The notes under the pieces: generated by a model
Databases searched by the model: none
Seen by the model: the letters and a program-made list of their open reading frames with translations, nothing else
What the model was told of the DNA's origin: nothing
Made by a program: the position numbers and the translations under genes
Assembly: GCF_006345805.1 (NCBI RefSeq)
Contig: NC_043017.1
Location: 27,466,001 to 27,530,000, forward strand
Direction: 5' to 3'
Length of the DNA: 64,000 nt
Source: Octopus sinensis
Taxonomy: Eukaryota
In this document: piece by piece, positions 12,769-26,175 of the stretch
How positions within the stretch are numbered: position 1 is the first letter of the stretch
How the letters are laid out: the number at the start of each line of letters is the position of its first letter

Positions 12769-14104
12769 ATATATATATATATATATATATATGAATAAGT
12801 AAATAAATGAAGATATCCTTAGCCTGACGAGTAGCCTGCGGAATACATCACGCCTGGATATTTACCTCTTCTGAGGTTCCAGTCGCTATGAAACATATAT
12901 AGCCTGGAACTCATCTACTCCATTCTATATCTCTTGTATTTTTATTCATACATCCCACTATCCTACTTGCCTACCATGGAATATAAAACGAACTTTTTGC
13001 ACTTTATCGTACTTCGATACGAAAAAATGCACAACCTTCCGTAGCACTAAACTACTGCTGTCCCGGAAATTTGTTTTTTTTTTTAATTATTACTTATTCC
13101 TACAAGCTAACTTCCTTTCTATATCTCGATTCCCGGAGCTTATATATATATATATATATATTTATTTATTTCGTAGCATTTTTTTCGATGACCCTATAAC
13201 TGAAGAGATTTCGGCGTGGGTTTCCACCCCGACATCAAAAGCTCGGAGTTTTATCATGGCTACCGAATAATTGTCACATAATATATATACATATATATAT
13301 ATATATAAATATATACAGAGAGAGAGATAAATGTATGTATACATTAACCATGTAACCAAACACGTATTTTTCTTGGAATTTTATTGCTTTCTGTATGGAA
13401 CTTTACTCTACTCTGTTTCTGACGAAGTATCATGTCCGAAACGTTACACCTCCCACTTTTGTTCCATCTTAAACTGAGCGTCAGCTAATATATTTCCTGT
13501 GTATATACGTTTGACTTTTGTTGATATTTTTTAATTTTGTACTTGCCAATACATTCATCCATACATACATACATACATACTACATACAGATACGAATGTA
13601 GGTATGTATTTTGTTGTATATCTTACTCAATCATTTGCTCCTTGGCAATTTTGGGGTTTCATATATGTTCATATATGAATACGTTAACGCTTTAAACGTG
13701 AATATTTTCTATTTCTGTTGAACACAAAGAGAAAAAGCGTTACGATAGAAAATTTTACATTAATGCCTGAAAAAGTGATATGACTTTTATTTATACATTA
13801 TTCTCGAGTGTGTGATTGTTCAATGTGTTCGCGTAGGTAAGTTTGCTGACGTGGAAGTGTGTGTGTGTTTGTGTGTATTGATAAATACAAATCAACAGCA
13901 TGTTGGTTTTCGACAAATTAGGATTTCGAATCTGTTGTACAGGAAATGGATTTCTGCAACACTTGGCACCGAACATAGCGGATGAGAATGCCGGACAATA
14001 GATTCGGCATTATATTGTGCAGATACAAGTTTCAAATCCACACACACTAACAGACACAGATACATGCATACATACATGCATACATACTACAACACTCACG
14101 TGCG

Positions 14105-14156
<52 letters not shown>

Positions 14157-14312
14157 AACATATGCGTACGTGTAGAGGCAAAAGTCAAAATTGTTCGGAT
14201 ATTGTACACGTGATCGGGAGTATGTTCTTTAGAGTCCCTAGCCAGACAATGCCCTCAATTCCTTGGCGTTAGACTCTATTTCACTTTCCTTCAGTTCTAT
14301 GCTCTTACAAAA

Positions 14313-14689
14313 GGCCCAGTGGTTAGGGCAGCGGACTCGCGGTCGTAGGATCGCGGTTTCGATTCTAAGACCGGGCGTTGTGAGTGTTTATTGAGCGAAA
14401 ACACCTAAAGCTCCACGAGGTTCCGGCAGGGGATGGTGGTGATCCCTGCTGTACTCTTTCACCACAACTTTCTCTCACCCTTACTTCCTGTTTCTGTTGT
14501 ACCTGTATTTCAAAGGGCCGGCCTTGTCACTCTCTGTGTCACGCTGAATATCCCCGAGAACTACGTTAAGGGTACACGTGTCTATGGAGTGCTCAGCCAC
14601 TTACACGTTAATTTCACGAGCAGGCGGTTCCGTTGATTCGGATCAACCGGAACCCTCGTCGTCGGAACCGACGGAGTGCTTCCAATCCA
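14313..14689 (+). mobile_element. tRNA-derived SINE (head H1, tail Y) with TSD
   Basis: Same head as 3803-3630 but a different 3' half; 14-bp TSD atgctcttacaaaa at 14299-14312 and 14690-14703. Confidence 0.9.
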
Positions 14690-14869
14690 ATGCTCTTACA
14701 AAAATGCGTAACCCTGCGATTGACTGCCCTCCTCTCCACTACGCTTTATATATTCACCGTAGAATCCAGCAATCCTAACTTCTGAGCTCATGACCCGGAT
14801 GGATATTTGATTACCCTATTTTTGTTTTGATAGATAGATAAATAGGTAGATAGATACATTATTTTTTAC

Positions 14870-15302
14870 TTTTATTCTCTCACTTTTTTCAGTCATCCCA
14901 CTGTGGCCAGCTGCAGCACCACCTTAAAGGATTTTTTTTTTTTATTCGAAGAAATCGCCCTCAATGCTCATTCTATCGGCCTCTTCCGCCGATCCGCTAA
15001 TTTAAAGGGATGTAAACGCACTAACTTCAATTGTGAAGCGATAGTGGAATGACAAAACACAGACACAAAGACACACACATACACACACACACAAACACTC
15101 ACACGTGTGCGTGTTTTTTTTGTGTGTGTATATATATATATATATATGGGCTTCTTTCAGTTTCCGTCTAACGAATCCAATCAAAAGGTTTTTGTCGGCC
15201 CGACACTATATAGAAGAGACTTGTCTAATGTGCCACGGAGTGGGTTTGAAACTGGAGCGATATGGTCAGGAAGTAAGATTCCTATCACATAGCCACTTCA
15301 CC
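14870..15302 (-). mobile_element. degenerate SINE family A
   Basis: Matches such as gggcttctttcagtttccgtcta...gtcggcccgacactatatagaagagact...acatagccact. Confidence 0.8.
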
Positions 15303-16153
15303 ATATATATACATATGTTTGTGTGTGTGTTTGTGTGTGTGTGGAAAGATAAAGAGAGTGAGAGAGAGGCAAAGACAGATAGAAAGAACGAACGAAAGAA
15401 AGGAAGAAAGAAAGAGAACGAAAGGGAATGCTTGAAAGACTGTAACAGAAACGTAGAGTTAGAAAAAGAGATTGATAGATTTATTTGGCTGAGAGAAGTG
15501 TCATAAGCTCGCGCACACACGCACACAGAGACACACACGCAGCAACTTAAACTTTTATTCGTTAAATATTAGAACACTCTTTCTGAAGGTTTGTGAATAT
15601 ATATAATAATAACAACAAAAACAACAGCAACAACATCACAGCCACCACCTCTAGGAACAACAACAACAATAATAATAGCAATAAGAATGATAATGATGAT
15701 AATTTCAAAGACTATAAATTTGTATAGACAGACAGTCGCATAATTATAGAAGAGAAGGCCGGGTAGGTGATTACAGAACGGCCACTGCATTTTACTGGTA
15801 CAATATATTATTATCATTATTATTATCATTATTGTTATGAACATTATTATCATAAGCTTGTCTTTAACTATTTGCTGCGAGTTTATGCTGCACCGCCAAG
15901 TGCTCCCCTTCTACGCTCCCGAGGTCTATGCAGTATTGTCTGTTTGTGGTGTAAGAACTGTGTTAGTATGCTATAACTGTTTTGCTTCGGTAAATGGAAT
16001 TCTTCCGTTGTTTCTGGTATTGTCTTATTGTTTCGTCTACAACTCTTATTTTGTTTTTGTTTTTTTTTGTTTTTTTCTCTTTTTCTTTTTCCATGCATTA
16101 TATGCTATGCGACTCGTGTTTATTGTAATAACATCGATATCACTATAGTTGAT

Positions 16154-16196
<43 letters not shown>

Positions 16197-16220
16197 CACA
16201 CACATATACATATTTACGCG

Positions 16221-16253
<33 letters not shown>

Positions 16254-16262
16254 TTACGCGCG

Positions 16263-16294
<32 letters not shown>

Positions 16295-17389
16295 AACACA
16301 TTTATATATATATATATGTATATATACACATTTATATATATATACACATTTATATACATATATATATTCATGCATATATATATACATATATATGTATATC
16401 TGTCTATCGATATATTTATATATAAATTAATGTCTTTTTGTGTGTACGTATACAATTATACACATGCACACACACACACACACACACAACACACACGGAT
16501 ATATATATGCATATATATGTCAGTAGCATGTATGTTACATAATGGGAACTTTTCATTTGTAATTGCAGGATACCAAACAAGCAGTGGACATCGGAAATTA
16601 TATCAACAGGCTGGCATTCTTTTCATCTTCCCTGAATAATAATAATATTAATATTAATAATAATATTATTATTATCATTATTATTTTTGTTTCACGCATA
16701 ATATCTTGGAATATACACAAAAGGAGGATACAAATCAAAGACAGAGGAAATATAACAACAAATATACCAAAAGCAGAAAAAAAAATATATATGCATATAA
16801 AAAAAAAATAATATGAAAGCAAGCAAAAAATAAAATAATAATTATAAAGGGAAAGAATATATATTTCAATCTATACATATAGATATATTTATTTATATAT
16901 GTATATATGAATATACATAAATATATTACATGAAAATAATTGAAAATAATCAACACAATATCTATGTATATATCCACATATATATACACACACACACATA
17001 TATATATAATTACAGAAAGAATCCAACGAATGAATATACGTAAAGCTAAAAATCATATGTGATATATCTTCTTTTTCACACTTTCAAACATACACGTATA
17101 TTCACAAAGATATAGCACATATACACATATCTATACACGCATATGTATAGAAGTATATCATACAAATATTCAAAAGGTATATACATGTAAATATATACAC
17201 ACACATATATATGTGTTATAGAATGTTATATACCCATTTAAAATATACATATGCTCACATACAAACAAACATCTATATGTATATATATTTATATATTTTA
17301 ACTCACGAAAATATTTATTTTCCATATTAATGAGATTTATATCATTAATATTATTATTATCATTATTATTATCATACAAGTGTTGATAA

Positions 17390-19702
17390 TGATAATAATC
17401 GTAACTCTTTAAACGTTTTCGGATTATATTATCACCATCATCGACATCACCAAAATAGCCACCGTCACCACCGTCGCCGAGTTGTCGTCGTCGCCGTCAT
17501 CATCATCGTGAATATTACTACTTTCCTTCTCTACTATCTCCTAATTACCACTACTACAACTACTAATACAACTACTGTTATTTCTACTACAAATACCACC
17601 ACTATTAATATTTCTCTTCTTCTTGACCAACATCCTGATTATCAATATTAAATTTAATATTAATAATACATCGATTTCTATATATCAATGACTGTTATTA
17701 CTGCAGCTGGCCACTACAATGAATTTGGAGAAAACTTGAATGCCCTGTTGTCTTTAGTGAAATGCATTCAAACCTTCCACTTTTCTTCAATCGTACTCCT
17801 CTACTCCACATTCCTCCTTTCCGTCGCCTCCTCCATTTACTTAGCCCTTTCCGCCAACAAAATTTACGTGGTGTTATCCCTGTCGTCTGCTCTTTCCAGA
17901 CTCAATTCCCCTTCAATTTCTCTTGAATTTTTCAGACACTACATCTCACAAAATCATTTTTTTACATTCTGTATTACTTCTATTCCGCTATTAAGCTCAT
18001 GTTTTCTATTTTCCAGGCATCACAAATTCAAACAAAATCATTTCGTCTCTTCCGTTTCTATCGCTTCTTTCTTCCCACTTTTCTTCATCTCTTCTTTTAT
18101 TTTATTTGTCTTCGTCTTCAGTAATTTTAACTTCCTCAAAACTACCACTACATCTGTCACCAATGCTAACAGCATCACCATCATCCTTATCATTAATATC
18201 ATCAACTTACTCATAGCCATTTCCAACTACAACAAAAACAGCAACCCAGTCTGTAGCTTTTTCACCTACCTCTTTACAACTAAATCCATCATATTCCACT
18301 ATTTGTTGTTTTTCTTGTTATCGCTGTTCTTGTTAAGCGGTAGAAATTTCTGCACGAAATTTCCACATTTTTCGTTACTAACTGATTATTGTAAACCATC
18401 GTCTGACGCTTTGTTATACCAACAGAAACAATACGAACACTATCAACTTCACAACAAACATCAAAACCACGAGAATTGCTACACTCTTTACCTGCACTGC
18501 CACTATCCACTGACCTTTTGCCAGCACTACCACCAAAACCGCTGCCAACGACACCATTACAATCACGTTAAAACCCACAATCAGTACCACCAACTACAAC
18601 AGCAGCAATATCATTTTCAAAACCACTATTTATATAACTACCGCTTATACTATAATAATAATAATAATAACTATTGCTTTATCTGCTGTTACTACAGTTT
18701 TTGCAATAACGATAGCAAATCTCACCCCTGCATCGACAAATACATCGGGAACTATCACCGTAACGGCTCATATAACCGCAGCCTCAACAGCAACAATAAA
18801 AAGATCAACAGGGATTACAAGTGCTACACATACTTATTATTATTAAACTATAGGAATTTCTATCGTTGCAAACAGCTTCAACAAATTTGCAATCACCTCT
18901 ACCTCCGTCTACACTTTCTTCAATTCCGTCACAACCTCACTTACCACTACCTCCAAAACACTATCCAAAACAGCAACAACCACAACCCATACTGCTACCA
19001 CTACAAATACTACCATCACAACAGCTGTTTCGATTATTATTATTATTATTATTATAACTACATAACACGTCAACGGTATTACAGCTACAATCAAATCTAC
19101 AACAACGAACACAGCGACAACAACAACAACCACAGCAACAATATCGAACCCACAATCAAGAAAAACTACCACCCTACACAATTCCAAACACGCATATCAC
19201 CATCACCACTGCCAACAACAAGAACAACAATAGCAAAAACATAAAACACTCAAATATTTTAGTCCTTGGCGGTTTAGTTGCCTAAATGGTAGTGGGGTTC
19301 GAACCCGTCTCTCTCCTCTACGTCTGAACTTCTCTCCGGTTTCGCTCGTACTGTGCCGCTGTCGTTACCACTACCACCACCGCCGTCGCCGCCATCGTAG
19401 TCATCGTCAACGCTACCGCTGCTAGTGCTGCTGTCGCTGCTGCTGCTACTACCATAGTTGTTATTACTGTTGTTGTTAGTGTTGTTGTTGGGTTACTGCT
19501 GCTCTTGTTGCTATCGTAGTTTTCGTTATCATCATCGTTGTTGTTGTTCTTGTTGTTTGACAAGTTACATCGTTGTTGTACAGCGTTGCTATTAACGTTT
19601 CTCTCCTCCTCCTCTCCATCCTCCTCATCTCTCGTCATCTTCCACATTTTCGCTCTTGTTGTTTGTGGTTGCTGCACTTCTCTGCGTTTCCATCGCCTAC
19701 TA

Positions 19703-19705
<3 letters not shown>
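17390..19705. repeat. cryptic triplet low-complexity block (ACC/CAA/CAT/GTT/GCT) containing a 518-codon stop-free frame at 17688-19244
   Basis: Strong triplet periodicity and G-depleted plus strand; the translation has no recognisable domain. Confidence 0.8.
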
Positions 19706-19742
<37 letters not shown>

Positions 19743-19953
19743 TATACGCATATAGCTAGGTGACCAAGTGTTATAGCTGTTGTCGTTAATATTGTTGTTA
19801 TTGTTATCACCATCGCCACATATACCCCCTCCAGTCCCCTTGTTTCATCATCGTTATTATCATTCGATTAAAGACGTTTTTTACTTCAAAATAAAAAGAT
19901 TTTAACCCCACCCCCAACCAAAAGTCTATCTATCTGTCTATCTAACTATCTAC

Positions 19954-20005
<52 letters not shown>

Positions 20006-20200
20006 ATACATATATATATATATATCTGTGTCTGTCTGTCTATCGATCTGTCTATCTATCTATCTATCTTTCGTTTTCTGTGTCCGTGTTACGACTATTT
20101 TCGCCAGGAAGTATTTATCATGTATCTTGGATATTAATTTATATTTATATATACAAATATATTTTAAATTTGTCATATATATATATATATACATACATAC

Positions 20201-20238
<38 letters not shown>

Positions 20239-22383
20239 GTGTATGTATGTATGTATAGATATGTTTAAATTTCTTCACAAATACACATTGTGAATACAAT
20301 ATATACATTCTCATGAGACACAAACATTTGAATTAAACTCTGCAATCGAACCACTAAACGCACACACACACGCAGGCAACAGTTATTATCACCAACGTTC
20401 ATCCTTGTTCTTGTCTTCACCTTTACAAGGATTTTCCTTCAATTAAGTTTTGCTTCGTCTTTCTTGAGACAAAAAAAAAACTACTCGGAACAAAAAAAAA
20501 ACAGAAACAGAAATCAAAAACGAAGGTAACGTTGTTTTCCACCACTACATAGAGAACACCTCCGACAAGGGATGCGTCTGTAAAATAACTGATTCCTATA
20601 CGTTCAGTCGAACACACAAACACATAATAATCATTGTATACGGAACCAAGATCTTTTATAGTCTGTTTCTCTCTATCTCTCCATCTACACAGATCTACTT
20701 ACCTTTCTATACAATTTAGAAGACAAGAAGAAGCAGCAACACACCACGAATTAAATATCTATATATACACACACACACACACACACATATATATATTTAT
20801 ATATACATATGTATTTATATATACATGGATATTTAGTATACATGGGTATTTAATCTATAAAGCTAAATAGCTTTCTATCTTCATATACATATAACCACAT
20901 AGATATATATATCTCCCTCTTTTTTCTCTGCCTCCCCCATTCATTCGTTCCCCCTTTCTATCTCCATCTCTGCCTTTCTCGATTGTTCTCTTTCTTTTTT
21001 TCATTCATCTATTCTTTCTATTTTACTCGTTCTCTGTTACATCCTCTGCCTTTCTTCATTCAACATTTGTTGACCTCTTTCGCTTTGCCTCGCTAAATAT
21101 TTTTTTTCTTTCTCACCCTCTTTCTCTTTTTTCTCTTTTTTGTTTTCTTTATTTCATTCATTCATTCATTCATTCATTCGCCTTGACTTTTCTGCATTTC
21201 ATTTCATTCAATCAATCTTTATTTTTTTTTTCTTGATTTATTGTACCATCTTGTTGATAAATACAGAGTTTTACAAATTTTCGATTATCTTTCAAGAAGA
21301 AAAAAAATATATATACACCCTGAAATTTTCAACTAAACCCTCTGATTTCTCTTTTATATTCATTTAAATTTTAGCTCTTCTCTTCAATTTTTTTTTGTTG
21401 GTATCGTAAAGTGTTTGTTGCTACTAACAACAATTATCGTCTTTGTTGTTAATGTAGACTGATTTTCTCACATCACATTCATTATTATTATTATCATTAT
21501 TATTATCATTATTAGTAATAATAATAATAATTTGGGCAACTTCCTTCATTTTGATAGTAATTTATTTTTGCTAGCCTTTATAATTCTTGCCGCATATCTA
21601 CCTATCTATCCATCTATCTATCTATCTACCTACCTATCTATCTATATATCTGTTGGTCTGTCTCGATCTCTCAATCTTTTAAACTATACATACACAGAGT
21701 TTGAAAATACATTTACAAATCTCGCCAAATTTCTAAACACGTTTTGTATCGCTGATTTTTGCATTGACTCTTGTTACGGTTCTCTGTTCATTCTCTGCAT
21801 CTTTTTCTTTTTTCTTTTTTCTTAATACAATCTTAACCCACTTGTTAAATACTATACACTTCCCCTTCGTCTCTTCATCATTTTCATCACTGCCAACGTA
21901 AATCATTAACATCACAACCATCATTGTCCTCGTAGTAATCATTACATAATAACAACAATAATAATAATAATAATAATAACTATAATGTATTAATAATCAA
22001 TATAAATTATATACATATAGATATATTATATATATATATATATATTATATCATATTCATATATATATCTCAATTTCTTCACCAAGCATCAAGTTGCTTAC
22101 ATTTTTCTCCTTTTTCCCCCATTCAGATCTTCTCAGACACCTGTTATTTTTTTTGTTGTTGTTTTTGTAAATTTATTTTTTTAACTTTCATCAACTTTTA
22201 TCTTCCTTCCGTCGTCTGTCACAACTAATTTGTTCTCATTTCGTCTATCTCTCTGTGTATCTATCTATCTATTAATCGATTTCCTCGATTGATCTATTGA
22301 TCTATCTATTTCTCTCTTTATCAATCCATCCGTAGAGTTTGTCGCCGTCTTCTTCCCACCCCATCCACCTTACATAAATCACT

Positions 22384-22415
<32 letters not shown>

Positions 22416-23459
22416 CACTTCCTCTCTCTCTCTCTCTCTTTACTTATATTTTTATATCTTTCTATATATTTCCACCGTGTTTGTGTATCTGTGTGTTTGT
22501 CTACATATTTCGATATAGATACACATATACAAATACAAATACATTCACATATAGTCATACAAACACACTCACACACACATACAAAAACGTTCGCGCGCGT
22601 CTATATACATTTACACATTCATAAATATACACACATATATATACATAAATATCAACCGACTCATTCATTTCTAAGTTAATTCGTTCATTCGCTCATTCTT
22701 TCATTCTGTAATACCTGTCTTTCTTCTTTTCTTTCATTCATTCACTACTCCTCGTTGTTTATCTTGAAATTTTCTCGTCTCATTACAACCGCCAACACCA
22801 ACACCACCAGTACCACTTACATCAACAACAAAAACACCTTCACAACTGCTATTATATTTATCATCATCATCATCATAATCAACATCATCATCGCCAGCAT
22901 CAGTATATATCTATCGTTATATCCCATCATATCACACACATCTTTTGGTCTCTTAATTTTTCTTCCTCTGTCTCATCTCCCCCTCTCTTTCTTCTTTAAC
23001 ACCTCAATATAACCCTCTTCCTCTCCCTCTCTCTTTCTCTCTGTATATATATATACACACATACACTCACACACACAAATATATACATATATATATACAC
23101 ATATATATATACATATATATCGATCTATATATACATGTATAAATCACTATATTTCTTCAATCCAGTTTAATTTATCTCTTCACCACTCCACCCCACCGTA
23201 CACTCGCCCCATTTAACTAACACACACACGAACACAAACGCAAACAAACACACACACACACATATTGACACACGCATTATTTCATTACAACACTGTTTCT
23301 CTTCATCAGTTTCTCTCTTTTTCTCCCTCCCTATATATCAAAACACATTTCGTCTCTCTCTCTCTTCTTTTTCGCTCTGCACAATTTTCTCCATCTACCT
23401 CTCTTTTCTCTTCCCCATCTTCTATACACAAACGGATCGCCTTTCCTTCTTTCACATGT

Positions 23460-23562
23460 ATGATGACTCCAAGACACGACACAATTTTGGCGGTGACTTA
23501 TCTCCTTCTAGGATTAACATTCATACAATATGCGCGATGTATTCCGGAATTGGTGCGTATAG
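23460..23562 (+). CDS. first coding exon of a secreted/membrane receptor, probably an ionotropic glutamate receptor (kainate/AMPA-type): MMTPRHDTILAVTYLLLGLTFIQYARCIPELVRI-G
   Basis: ATG start, basic n-region, hydrophobic h-region and A-R-C cleavage motif are followed by IPELVRI. Then come one G and a perfect GTAAGT donor at 23563. xxIRIG/LRFG is the first strand of the LIVBP-like amino-terminal domain of iGluRs (GluK2 HVLRFGGIF, GluA2 SIQIGGLF). As I recall, vertebrate GRIK2 also has a phase-1 intron in this Gly. Other LIVBP-fold receptors (mGluR, GABA-B, guanylyl cyclase receptors) are not excluded. Confidence 0.65.
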
Positions 23563-24719
23563 GTAAGTCGTATTGTTTGTTATTATATCATTTCTTTTCG
23601 TCTTTTCTATATCTTTCTCTTTGAAACTAAACACGAACAGACGTACACGCGCACGGATACACAGTTACACCTACACTCACACACAGAAACACACGCACAC
23701 ACAGAAACACACACGATCGCAGACAGCCAATCACACACAGACATATCATACTTAGACATATATACACAAAACACACAGATGCTCACGCGTATAAACACCC
23801 TCCACTCTCACAGACAATAAAAAATAATAAAAAAAAAAGATGGAAAGAAAATGAAGTAACTCATACATACACAAATACCTACTGATTACACAGGGACATG
23901 TAAACATACGCACACATGCGCAGCAGTGCACATACGCCTGCAAAAACACGTACAACTATACTAATACACACGATATATTGCTATATACATATGCATGCTG
24001 TTTGCTGGGTGGGATATGTTTATATATGTATGTATGTATATATATGTATTTATTTATTTATCTATTCATTTATTTATATATGTATTTGATGTAGTTAAGA
24101 ATATATGTATGTATTTATATATTTATGTATTTATCTAAGCATGCATGTTTAAGTAAAGACGCGTAGCCTTATCGGTAACGCTATTCGGATTTTGTTCGTA
24201 ACGTCGTGAGTTCGCTGCTCGGACCAGAATTTGCGTTGTTTTACGATCCTCAGCTGCAAAATAGGGACCTGATGACTGTTGGTACTGCAACTTCCTTCTG
24301 TCATGTATGTCGTATTTCTGCTGGGTCAACGGTGGGGGGTGGTGTCGAGATTGAGTGGGTGGGGTATACATGCCTGCTCGCAACTATGTATCAAACAAAA
24401 ACAACAAACATGGTACGACCTACCGCGCATGTTTATACAACACAAACAGATTCATGTACCATTTACACGCACAACTTCATGTGCCATACATACGTATACA
24501 TATACAGACAAACAGAAATAGATAGATAGATTGATGCGTATGTATGTATATATGTGCATTTTTGGATGTACATTTGCATGAGTGTGTTTGTGTGCATGTG
24601 TGTGCACAGACTCGCATAGACATGTGTACATATATACGTGTGTATATACGTATTTATGGGAGAGCTTGCGTAGCAGCATGGTGTCACGATAGTATACAGA
24701 TGTACAAAACAAGACTCAT

Positions 24720-25110
24720 GAAGAGAAGCATGCATATATATATGTGTGTATGTATGTGTGTGTGTGTGTGTATGTATGTATGTGTGTATGTATATGTGTG
24801 TATGTATATGTATATATGTATGTATGTATATGTGTGCATGCATATGTGTATGTATGTATATGTATGTATGTGTATGTATGTGTATGCATGTATGTATGTA
24901 TATGTATGTATGTATATGTGTGTATGTATATGTATGTATGTATATGTGTGTATGTATGTGTATGTATATATGTATGGATACATATATACATACATAAACA
25001 TATTAATCGATCGACAGATGGATGATACATAGACAGACAGACAGACATTCATGCATACATATATACAAACGGATAGATAGATAGATGTGTGTGTGTGTGT
25101 GTCCATGTGC
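24720..25110. repeat. (TATG)n/(TG)n/(GATA)/(GACA) compound microsatellite
   Basis: Directly visible. Confidence 0.95.
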
Positions 25111-25634
25111 ATGTGAGTGTTTTCAGTTTGCGATTGTCTCCTACCAGAACTTAAGAAATGTTGTTGTTTGTGTGTTTATGTCCTCTTAACGTAAATGGTT
25201 CTGCACAATTGTATCGGAAACGTACGTAGCAGGCTTTCAAACACAAATGAGAAATAGTATTCTGTTAAACACTTAAAGGGCGTGACACAGCGTGACCCCA
25301 GACCTGTGACTCTAAGAAGTAAAAGAAAAACAGAACCACACATATATGTGCGTGTGTATCTACGTATATATTTATGTATATATGTACGTATTATGTACGT
25401 ATGTATATATTTATGTATGTATATACACTACCTGATAATAAGCATTACAATGGCATAAGAATTTTCACTGCTTAATAATGTGTGATATCGTGTATTACTG
25501 TCCGATAATGTGTTTGTGTGTGTCTATGTACATATTATGTATGTATATGTATATGTATATATTTATATGTATATATATGTGTATGTGTGTGTACGTATTA
25601 TGTATGGATATATTTATGTATGTATTATGCATGT

Positions 25635-25676
<42 letters not shown>

Positions 25677-26117
25677 ATATATACATACATACATACTCCA
25701 GAAACATGCACATACCGAAGCATGAATAGAAATACGTACAGCCAATCGTATAACTATATAAGCACAGACATATATATACGCATACCAGCACATGCCGATA
25801 TAGAAGTACTATCACACGTACACACTCACAACACATACACATAATCTATACTCACACAGCCGTGTGTACAAAATAACGCATGCGCAAACGTAGAAAATAT
25901 CGTACACGCATACGTTCACGCAAACTCACATACACTCCATGAGACAATAGAAATACTCGCTTTAATACATCCACAGCGCAGGTACGCGGTAGAAGATATA
26001 AGGATACTTTGATATATGTGGAGAGAAAACAACGCATGCGCCAGCCGCCGCGACTCAAGTACTCAAACAAGCACTTATATTCGACGCACGCACATAGAAA
26101 TACAAAGAAGCTCATAC

Positions 26118-26175
<58 letters not shown>

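Noticed and set aside
13830-13842. tag|gtaagt donor-like site
   Set aside because: No acceptor or open frame upstream; could be a non-coding exon but unsupported.
19262-19315. tRNA-like A/B boxes (ttgcctaaatggt ... ggttcgaaccc)
   Set aside because: The boxes are only ~5-10 nt apart with no anticodon arm or acceptor stem; at best a tiny remnant.
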